Source: a bacterium
Lineage (GTDB): Bacteria; Hydrothermota; Tepidihabitantia; Tepidihabitantales; Tepidihabitantaceae
DNA length: 13,485 nucleotides
Direction of reading: 5' to 3'
Assembly (NCBI GenBank): GCA_046485285.1
Contig: JAWOHE010000076.1
Span: forward strand, 1-13,485
Shown: positions 1 to 6,447 of the stretch, in pieces
Numbering within the stretch: the stretch's first letter is position 1
How the letters are laid out: each line of letters opens with the position of its first letter
Notes under the pieces: generated by a model
What the model was told of the DNA's origin: nothing
What the model saw: only the letters and a program-made list of their open reading frames with translations
Database searches by the model: none
Made by a program: the position numbers and the translations under genes

Positions 1-249
1 CTCATCGTGGATGCCCACCAACGAAACCACCACCGCTCCGGACAGCTGCAGCGGATTCCCCCGCGGCCGGCGGCTGCGACTCACCAGCCCGCTCAGGCCG
101 TGCTCCTCATACCGGCGCCGCCACTTGTAGCCGGTCTTCCGGCTGATGCCGAACTCGCTGCAGACCCGCTTCATACACGCGTCGGACTCTCCCGCCACCA
201 TCACAAACTCGGCGCGAAGACGCTGGAACCGGTTCTCGATCCAGGACAT
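1..249 (-). CDS. IS481-family transposase, N-terminal HTH part (partial; not in ORF track because it runs off the window)
   Basis: Hand translation: MSWIENRFQRLRAEFVMVAGESDACMKRVCSEFGISRKTGYKWRRRYEEHGLSGLVSRSRRPRGNPLQLSG..., containing the IS481 HTH signature C-x-x-FGISRKTGYKW-x-x-RY...GL..RSRRP. GGAGGT RBS at 256-261. An alternative in-frame ATG lies at 255. Confidence 0.88.
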   Translation of the reverse strand, partial: MSWIENRFQRLRAEFVMVAGESDACMKRVCSEFGISRKTGYKWRRRYEEHGLSGLVSRSRRPRGNPLQLSGAVVVSLVGIHDE

Positions 250-326
250 GGTCATACCTCCATTTCATCAAACAGTGTAACCCATGTCCTGATAATAAAG
301 TGTTACCAATGTACTGAACTCGGACC
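1..326 (-). mobile_element. IS481-family insertion sequence, left end and 5' part (truncated by window edge)
   Basis: Transposase N-terminus on the - strand. Upstream are two 19-bp direct repeats with 25-bp period (AGTGTAACCCATGTCCTGA 274-292; AGTGTTACCAATGTACTGA 299-317), typical of IS481 terminal transposase-binding sites. The segment is AT-richer than its flanks. The terminus at about 326 is estimated. Confidence 0.8.
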
Positions 327-497
327 CGGGTAGCCACGCCGGATGGCCCGGCAGGAAGTGCCATCCTGCGCGGAATCCGGAGCGCTCGCGCCCCCGGCGC
401 AATCGTCCTCAGGGAGATGGGCTGGGACCGGCTAAGTCGGGTCCGTTGGGATAACCTGTTGTGGGGACTGCAACTTCCGGCAGGCAGCAGCACTCCG

Positions 498-689
498 GGG
501 GGTATACCCGGGGATATCCCCGGGACGGTTCCGGGAGCCACCCCGGGGACCGCCCCGGGAGCCGTCTCCGGGGCCACTAGGGGGACCGCTCCTGGGGATA
601 TCCCCGGTACGGTTCCGGGGGCCGTCCCAGGAGCCGCTACCGGAGCCGTCCCGGAGGCCGCTAGGGGAGGCGTCCCCGGGGCCGCTAGG
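498..689. repeat. Tandem array of 16 degenerate 12-bp units (consensus about GGGGCCGYCCCG, with perfect palindromes GGGGATATCCCC at 510-521 and 594-605)
   Basis: Read directly: GGGGGTATACCC, GGGGATATCCCC, GGGACGGTTCCG, GGAGCCACCCCG, GGGACCGCCCCG ... GGGGCCGCTAGG. The 12-bp period is strict, with no indels. Confidence 0.95.
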
Positions 690-785
690 GGAAGGCAGGT
701 GGGGGTGGGGGTCCGGGTGCGGCTCGACGCGCTCCGGGCCGTCTGCCGAAGCCTTACCTCGCCAGCACCAGCCGGGCCAGCGGAC

Positions 786-814
786 TTGACAACCGGCCGC
801 AGATGGCCGAAAAT
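786..814 (+). promoter_or_regulatory. Putative sigma70 promoter of GNAT-tldD-pmbA operon
   Basis: TTGACA (786-791)-N17-GAAAAT (809-814), 11 nt before ATG 826. There is no SD. Confidence 0.55.
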
Positions 815-825
815 CGCCCACTACG

Positions 826-1368
826 ATGCCGACCGTCAGAACGCCGTCTGAGTTCCGCGTCCGTCCCGCGGCCGAGCGCGACCTGCCCGACCTCGCCCGG
901 ATGCGCCGCGCCCTCCAGGAACTCATCGCCGAATGCGACCCCGGGGTCTGGGCGCTGAGCCCGGAGATGCTCGCGACCCTTGAGAAGTTCTACGCCGGGG
1001 TGATGGCGAGCGACACCGGCCGGGTGTTCGTCGCGGCCGACCCGGACGACCGGCCGGTCGGGATGCTCATCGTCCGGATCATCGACAACCCGAACATGGA
1101 CCCCCGGCCCATCGGCCGGATCGACGACGCCTGGGTGGAGCCGAAGTACCGCCGCCGGGGGCTGATGCGCGCGCTGACCGGGGCCTGCTGCCGGTTCCTG
1201 GCCGGGCGAGATGTGCCGGTCGTGATGCTCGACTGGGCGCTCCGCAACGAACCGAGCGTCCGCTGCTGGCAGGGACTCGGCTTCGAGCCCCGGCTGGCAA
1301 TGGGATTCACCACGCCCGCGGCGGTCCTCGCCGGGAAGGGAGAGAGTAGTGGAAGCGACACTGCCTGA
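826..1368 (+). CDS. GNAT-family N-acetyltransferase
   Basis: FRVRPA..DL N-terminus, acetyl-CoA-binding motif A (IDDAWVEPKYRRRGLMRAL) and C-terminal N.PSVRCWQGLGF. Codon usage is high in GC3. Confidence 0.9.
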   Translation: MPTVRTPSEFRVRPAAERDLPDLARMRRALQELIAECDPGVWALSPEMLATLEKFYAGVMASDTGRVFVAADPDDRPVGMLIVRIIDNPNMDPRPIGRIDDAWVEPKYRRRGLMRALTGACCRFLAGRDVPVVMLDWALRNEPSVRCWQGLGFEPRLAMGFTTPAAVLAGKGESSGSDTA

Positions 1369-2782
1369 GAACCTCGGCCGCCTGCGGCCGTTCCTGCCCG
1401 AGCTGGTGGCGGAGGTGCGCAAGCGCGCGCCCTACGCCTGCGCGCTGGTCACCCGCCGGGGCGGAACCTTCGTCGTCAAGTCCCCGCACGAGGAGATGGT
1501 CAACCCGGTTCCGCCCGACCCGGGCATCCGCATCTCGGCCTGGGACGGCGCGGGCTGGCGGTCGGTCGCGACCGGCCGGCTCGACGACCGCGACTACCTG
1601 CTCCGGCTCGCCCGCGAGCTGGCCGATTCGGTGTCGGTGAAGGAAGGCCCGGTGCCGGAGACCGGCCCGGCGCTCGACCGCCACTTCCGCACCGCCTTCG
1701 AGCGCGACCCGCTGGCAATCGAGACGCCGGAGCGCCAGGCGCTGGTCAACCGGGTGCAGGCCGCCGTCGCCGGCCGGGACAGGCGGGTGGCGATGGCCCG
1801 GGCAATGGCCGCGGCCAACGTTGAGTACCGGCTGTTCTGCGACGGCCCGCGCCTGCTTTCGAGCGAAACCTTCCGCTCGTCGCTGTTCGTGGTCGCGATC
1901 GCGGCCGAGGACGGCCGGCAGGTACAGAACTACGATTTCCTTTCCGGTCCGGGCTGGGAGGCGCTGGCCGGCGCGGGCCGGGACTGGTGCGAGCGGGTCG
2001 CCGACGACGCGGTCGCCTGTCTCGCGGCGGTGCCGCTCGAACCGGGCGAGCACGTCTGCGTGCTCGACCCGGACATCACCGGCACCCTCGCCCACGAGTC
2101 ATTCGGCCACGGCTGCGAGATGGACACGCTGATGCGCGGCGCGGCGCGGGCCGGGTACTTCGTCGGCCGGCGGGTGGGCTCCGACCTCGTCAACATCGTC
2201 GACGAGCCGGGCCGGCCCGGCACCAACGGCACCGTCTTCTTCTCCGACGACGGCGTGCTCGCCGAGGAGCCGGTGGTGCTGGTCAGGGACGGCATCCTCC
2301 AGCCGACGCTGATGTGCGACCGGTATTCGTACCTGATGATGAAGGACCGCCTGCCCGGGCTCCGGCAGTCCGCCTCCGGCCGGCTCGAGTCCTGGAACCA
2401 TCCCATCTACGCCCGGATGACCTGCACCTACTTCCTGCCCCGGCCGAAGGAGCAGGGCGGGCTGACTAAGGACGAGATGGTCGCCGCGACCGACAAGGGC
2501 GTCCTGCTCGAGCGGCTGACCTCCGGGATGGAAGACCCGCTCGGCTGGGGCGTCCAGCTCCAGGTGATGCGCGGCCGGGAAATCGCCGGCGGCAGGCTGA
2601 CCGGCCGCCTGCACTACAAGCTCGGCGTCACCGGCTACGTGCCCGACGTGCTCGCGAGCGTCGACGAGGTCGGCACCGAGCTCGACACCGGCTCGGCCGG
2701 GACGTGCGGCAAGGGACACAAGGAATGGGTCCGCAACGCGAGCGGCGGGCCCTGGCTGCGCTGCCGGATGAAGCTGGGTTAG
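1349..2782 (+). CDS. tldD: TldD-family zinc metalloprotease (catalytic subunit)
   Basis: HESFGHGCE (HExxGH) zinc motif, G.RVGSDLVNIVD, DDGV...LVRDGIL, SGR.ESW...YARMT and C-terminal CGKG. GTG start overlaps the GNAT stop. Confidence 0.9.
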   Translation: MEATLPENLGRLRPFLPELVAEVRKRAPYACALVTRRGGTFVVKSPHEEMVNPVPPDPGIRISAWDGAGWRSVATGRLDDRDYLLRLARELADSVSVKEGPVPETGPALDRHFRTAFERDPLAIETPERQALVNRVQAAVAGRDRRVAMARAMAAANVEYRLFCDGPRLLSSETFRSSLFVVAIAAEDGRQVQNYDFLSGPGWEALAGAGRDWCERVADDAVACLAAVPLEPGEHVCVLDPDITGTLAHESFGHGCEMDTLMRGAARAGYFVGRRVGSDLVNIVDEPGRPGTNGTVFFSDDGVLAEEPVVLVRDGILQPTLMCDRYSYLMMKDRLPGLRQSASGRLESWNHPIYARMTCTYFLPRPKEQGGLTKDEMVAATDKGVLLERLTSGMEDPLGWGVQLQVMRGREIAGGRLTGRLHYKLGVTGYVPDVLASVDEVGTELDTGSAGTCGKGHKEWVRNASGGPWLRCRMKLG

Positions 2783-2790
2783 GAGGCGAT

Positions 2791-4188
2791 ATGGATACCA
2801 AGCGAATCACCGCGGCACTGGAACGAGCCGGCGACATCAGCGCCTGGTTCCTCACCCACGAGCGCCGGGAGGAGACGACCGTCATCCGCCTGCCCGGCAT
2901 CTACTCGGTCGCCGGCGGCGGGCTCCGGGTCGAGCCGAACCCGCACCCGCGCGAGGTCATCTCGGTCCGGTCCGAAACCGCCCACTGCCGGGTCTTCTCC
3001 GGGTTCGAGGTGGACGGCGCGAGCTGGCGCGGCGACGCCGCCGGCCAGTTCACCGGCGACGACGACGCCTCGATGGCCGAGGTCATCGCCGGGCTGGTCG
3101 CCGCGGCCCGGAGCCAGAAGAACCAGCCCTTCCCGCTCCCGGGCGCGGACGAAACCTACCCGGACACCCGGCTCGCCGACCCGGAACTGGAGAAGCTCGA
3201 CCCGGCCGCCCTGCCCGCCAGGGTCCGGGCGTTCATCGATGGGGTCGTGAGCGAAGCCGCCCGGCTCGACGGCATCGAGGTCTCCAACGTCGAGCTGTTC
3301 GTCCGCCGGCTGAACCTCGGCTTCCGCTCCAGCGCCGGCCACGCCTTCGACTACCCGGCGACCCGGGTCTCGGCCGAGGTCTGCTTCCTCGCCCGCCCCG
3401 GCGCGGACAGGGTCGGCGAGCACACCGCCCGGCTCGAGGCCCGGAGCCTCGTCGCCTTCGACCCGGCCGCAATCGTCTCGGACTATGGTATCGCGGCCCG
3501 GGACATCGCGCTCGCCGGCCCGCCGCCGACGTTCGCCGGCCCGGTGGTCCTGCTCGGCGAGCCTGCCGCCGACTTCTTCCGGCTCGACCGCTCGCCGCTC
3601 GGGTTCCACGCCGGCTCGCGCTCGGTCCACGAAAAGACCTCGCGCCACGCGGCGGGCAAGCCCTGCCACGCCGGCGAGCTCAAGGGCGAGCCGCTCAACC
3701 TCGTCTCCGACCCGCTGGTGCCGCTCGGGCTCGCCAGCGCGCGCACCGACTGGGCCGACGGCGGCCCGGTCCGCGCGGTCACCATCTGCCGCGACGGCAA
3801 CTGGCACGGACTGCTCGGCTCCCGGCGCTACCACCACCTGCTCGGCCTGCTCGACAAGGGCGTAATGCCGCCCGGCGGACCGGCCAACACCGTCATCCCG
3901 GCCGGCCCGACCCCGGTCGCGGACCTGCTCTGCGGGTGCGGCGACACGGTCATCGTCCGGTCGTTCTCCGCCTTCGAGGTGGACTCGAGCTCGGGCCGGT
4001 TCTCCTGCGAAATCCGGCTCGGCGAGTTCCGCCGCGGGGCCGATGCCGCGCCGTTCACCGGCGGCCTGCTGGTCGGCGACTGGTTCGAGGCAATCGCCGA
4101 CGCCAACTACTCGCAGGAGACGCAGGTGCAGGGCGGCTACCGCGGCCCGCTCGCGGTCCGCTTCAACCGGCTCCGGGTCGCCGGCTAG
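2791..4188 (+). CDS. PmbA/TldE-like metalloprotease partner subunit
   Basis: Directly follows tldD. AGGAGG RBS at 2781-2786 supports ATG 2791 (MDTKRITA...) rather than the ORF-track start 2704. TldE-like C-terminal segments are present (LNLVSDPL, D..SGRFS, FTGG...G.W, GP.AVRF.RL.VAG) and there is no HExxH. Confidence 0.8.
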   Translation: MDTKRITAALERAGDISAWFLTHERREETTVIRLPGIYSVAGGGLRVEPNPHPREVISVRSETAHCRVFSGFEVDGASWRGDAAGQFTGDDDASMAEVIAGLVAAARSQKNQPFPLPGADETYPDTRLADPELEKLDPAALPARVRAFIDGVVSEAARLDGIEVSNVELFVRRLNLGFRSSAGHAFDYPATRVSAEVCFLARPGADRVGEHTARLEARSLVAFDPAAIVSDYGIAARDIALAGPPPTFAGPVVLLGEPAADFFRLDRSPLGFHAGSRSVHEKTSRHAAGKPCHAGELKGEPLNLVSDPLVPLGLASARTDWADGGPVRAVTICRDGNWHGLLGSRRYHHLLGLLDKGVMPPGGPANTVIPAGPTPVADLLCGCGDTVIVRSFSAFEVDSSSGRFSCEIRLGEFRRGADAAPFTGGLLVGDWFEAIADANYSQETQVQGGYRGPLAVRFNRLRVAG

Positions 4189-4871
4189 TCCGCCGCCGGC
4201 CGGCCGACCGGCATGATGTAGAGCGGCGCCTCGGTCCCGGGCAGGCCGAGCGCCCGGCTCACCCCGGTGTCGTCGAACGCGCCGACGGCGACCGTCCCGA
4301 GCCCGGTCGCCGCGCACTGCAGGTAGACATTCTGGGCCGAGTGCCCGAGGTCGATCCAGACGTACCGCTCCCGGCCCCGCGCGCCGTACCGCCCGGTCGC
4401 CCGCTCGAACACCGCCGCGAAGACCAGCGCGGCCGGCGCCTCGGCGACCCAGGCCTGCCCGAGCGCGGCCTCGGCCAGCGCCGCCCGTCGGTCGCCCGGC
4501 GCGTGCGGCTCGAGCTCGTGGGTCTCGCTCCGGTAGCGGTAGACCCCGGCCTCGAGGCCCTGGACCCTGCCCGTGACCAGGTACACCTCGAGCGGGTAGG
4601 TCGCCCCGGCCGACGGCGCGGTCCGCAGTCCGCCGCGCAACGCCGGCGCGCCCGGCATCGGCCTCGTCACGCCGTATGCCGCCCAGAGCAGTTGCGACAC
4701 CTCGGCCAGCGTCAGCGCCGAATCGTCGTACTGCCGCACCGACCGCCGTGCGGCCAGCGCCGCCTCGACCGACGTGACGCCGTCAACCGTGGGTACCGGT
4801 AGTTTCACCGTCGTCGCCTGCCCGCAGGCAACCCCGGCCGCGAGCGCGGCCGCCAGCCACGGTCTCGTCAT
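4185..4871 (-). CDS. SagB/ThcOx-like FMN-dependent nitroreductase-family protein with N-terminal signal-like segment
   Basis: Motifs RRSVRQY, LSQLLWAA-like, RTAPSAGATYPLEVY, GHSAQNVYL and LGTVAVGAF. Its stop overlaps the pmbA stop (CTAG 4185-4188). Confidence 0.9.
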   Translation of the reverse strand: MTRPWLAAALAAGVACGQATTVKLPVPTVDGVTSVEAALAARRSVRQYDDSALTLAEVSQLLWAAYGVTRPMPGAPALRGGLRTAPSAGATYPLEVYLVTGRVQGLEAGVYRYRSETHELEPHAPGDRRAALAEAALGQAWVAEAPAALVFAAVFERATGRYGARGRERYVWIDLGHSAQNVYLQCAATGLGTVAVGAFDDTGVSRALGLPGTEAPLYIMPVGRPAAD

Positions 4872-4884
4872 CGTCTTCCGCCGC

Positions 4885-5214
4885 TCAGCCGCGGATCATC
4901 ACCAGCATCATTTTGAACCGATCGACCGCGCGCACGACGTGCGGCGCGTTCGCCGGCATTATCAACATCTCGCCCTGCCTCACCCGGTGCGGCTTCCCGC
5001 CCAGTGAAATCTCCGCCGTGCCCTCGACGATGTACGCCAGCGCGTCGAACGGCGCGGCGTGCTCGCTCAGCTCCTGGCCCCGGTCGAACGCGAACACCGT
5101 CACGGTCCCGGTCGGCCGCTGCACGACCTCCCGGCTCACCACCGCGCCGCGCTGGTACTCGACCAGCCCGGCCAGGCCCACGACCTGACCGATGAGTTCC
5201 TCTGGTCCGCTCAT
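4885..5214 (-). CDS. Cupin-domain protein (about 109 aa)
   Basis: TVFAFDRGQELSEHAAPFDA...EG.AEI.....H....GE.LIMPAN.PH.VRA...FKM pattern of small cupins. GAAGGAGG RBS. Confidence 0.9.
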   Translation of the reverse strand: MSGPEELIGQVVGLAGLVEYQRGAVVSREVVQRPTGTVTVFAFDRGQELSEHAAPFDALAYIVEGTAEISLGGKPHRVRQGEMLIMPANAPHVVRAVDRFKMMLVMIRG

Positions 5215-5291
5215 TCTTCCTCCTTCGGTTTCCCGACCATCGTCCCGCCGGCGATGCCGGCCGCCGGCACCGCCGTGATTCGCATCAACAT
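5211..5291 (-). CDS. Putative 26-aa small protein (MLMRITAVPAAGIAGGTMVGKPKEEE)
   Basis: AAAGGAG RBS 6 nt upstream of ATG 5291, downstream of a promoter. The stop overlaps the cupin start (ATGA). Confidence 0.45.
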   Translation of the reverse strand: MLMRITAVPAAGIAGGTMVGKPKEEE

Positions 5292-5313
5292 CTCGACTCC
5301 TTTCATCATATCA

Positions 5314-5342
5314 ATCCTAGTCTCCGTCCGGCCGCCCGTCAA
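5314..5342 (-). promoter_or_regulatory. Putative sigma70 promoter for small ORF-cupin-nitroreductase unit
   Basis: TTGACG-N17-TAGGAT on the - strand. Confidence 0.6.
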
Positions 5343-5370
5343 TCCCGGCCCGCCCGCGCCTGCCGGCCGG

Positions 5371-5398
5371 TTGACCTCGCCCCGAAACCCGCTAGGCT
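5371..5398 (+). promoter_or_regulatory. Putative sigma70 promoter for the GMP-synthase-like gene (divergent from 5314-5342)
   Basis: TTGACC-N16-TAGGCT, followed by AAGGAGG RBS and TTG start. Confidence 0.55.
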
Positions 5399-5420
5399 GG
5401 CACCATCCCAAGGAGGACCG

Positions 5421-6386
5421 TTGAAGCTAGTCGAAATCAGGCCCGAAGACCTCGACCCGACCGCCTTCGTCGAGGAGCAGGTCCGCGAAATCCGGCGGGA
5501 GGTCGGCGACGGCCGGGCCGTCAACGCGCTCTCCGGCGGCGTTGACTCCTCGGTCGTCACGATGCTCGGCCACCGCGCGCTCGGCGACCGCCTGCGCACG
5601 GTGTTCATCGAGAACGGCCTGATGCGCGAGGGCGAGGCCGGGCGCATCGTCGCGCTCTTCGCGAAGCTCGGCGTCACGGTCGAGCTCGTCCCGGCCGAGG
5701 ACGAGTTCTTCGGCGCGCTCGCCGGCCTCACCGACCCGGAGGAGAAACGCGGCGCCATCACCCGCGTCTTCTACAAGGACGTCTTCGGCCGCCTCGTCCG
5801 CGAGGGCGACGCCCGGTTTCTCTTCCAGGGCACCAATCTCACCGACGTCGAGGAGACCGTCGCCGGCGTCAAGCGCCAGCACAACATCCTCGCCCAGCTC
5901 GGCATCGACCCGGAGCGGGAATACGGCTACCGGGTCATCGAGCCGGTCCTCCGCCTGCGCAAGACCGCCATCCGCGCGCTCGGCAAGGCGCTCGGCCTGC
6001 CCGCCGAGCTCTACTCGCGGCCGCCCTTCCCCGGCCCGGCGCTCGCCGCCCGCGTCATCGGCGATGTCACCCGCGAGCGGGTCGCGGTCGTCCGCCGGGC
6101 GACCGCCATCGTCGAGGAACTGCTCGCCGGCTCCGGCGCGTTCCAGTACCTCGCCATCCTCCACGACGACCGGGTCACCGGCCTGCGCGACGGCCGGCGC
6201 GACTTCGGCCTCCAGGTCGAGGTCCGCTGCTGGGACTCGGCGGATGCCCGCACCGGCCGGCCGACCCGGCTCAGCTTCGACCTGCTCGACCGGCTGGCGG
6301 AGCGGATGACGACCGAGGTCCCGGGCGTGGTCAGCGTCACCTACAACATCACGACCAAGCCGCCCTCGACCATCGAGGCCATCTAG
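5421..6386 (+). CDS. GMP synthase subunit B-like protein (ATP pyrophosphatase plus C-terminal domain only; no glutamine amidotransferase domain)
   Basis: PP-loop ALSGGVDSSV, DPEEKR, QGT..TD..E, K.QHN, PFPGP.LA.R and C-terminal YNITTKPPSTIE. 321 aa with TTG start and AAGGAGG RBS. Confidence 0.88.
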   Translation: MKLVEIRPEDLDPTAFVEEQVREIRREVGDGRAVNALSGGVDSSVVTMLGHRALGDRLRTVFIENGLMREGEAGRIVALFAKLGVTVELVPAEDEFFGALAGLTDPEEKRGAITRVFYKDVFGRLVREGDARFLFQGTNLTDVEETVAGVKRQHNILAQLGIDPEREYGYRVIEPVLRLRKTAIRALGKALGLPAELYSRPPFPGPALAARVIGDVTRERVAVVRRATAIVEELLAGSGAFQYLAILHDDRVTGLRDGRRDFGLQVEVRCWDSADARTGRPTRLSFDLLDRLAERMTTEVPGVVSVTYNITTKPPSTIEAI

Positions 6387-6402
6387 CGGCCCGCACAGCG
6401 AA

Positions 6403-6428
6403 GCGGCCGGGGCTCGCGCCCCGGCCGC
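6403..6428. terminator. Hairpin between convergent genes, probable intrinsic terminator
   Basis: Perfect 11-bp stem GCGGCCGGGGC/GCCCCGGCCGC with a 4-nt loop (GCGA, a GNRA loop, on the - strand). U-tails are weak. Confidence 0.65.
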
Positions 6429-6447
6429 CCGCCTTGCGGTAATCAGG

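Noticed and set aside
7-577. ORFs 7..333 (+) and 107..577 (-)
   Set aside because: They are shadow frames over the IS481 transposase, its terminal repeats and the repeat array, with no recognisable domain.
498-689. CRISPR array interpretation of the dodecamer repeats (also 13279-13485)
   Set aside because: Units are contiguous 12-mers with no unique spacers, and there are no cas genes in the window.
2704-2790. ORF-track N-terminal extension of the PmbA-like gene
   Set aside because: It overlaps the tldD C-terminus, and the AGGAGG RBS supports ATG 2791.
2779-4317. Long antisense ORF of 512 aa (likewise 6772..8754 +, 9242..10357 +, 5427..6164 -, 11556..12371 +)
   Set aside because: These are antisense shadows of high-GC3 genes with clear family motifs on the opposite strand.
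1349-4871. Complete microcin B17/TOMM biosynthetic cluster
   Set aside because: There is no YcaO cyclodehydratase, E1-like partner, exporter or Cys/Ser-rich precursor in the window.
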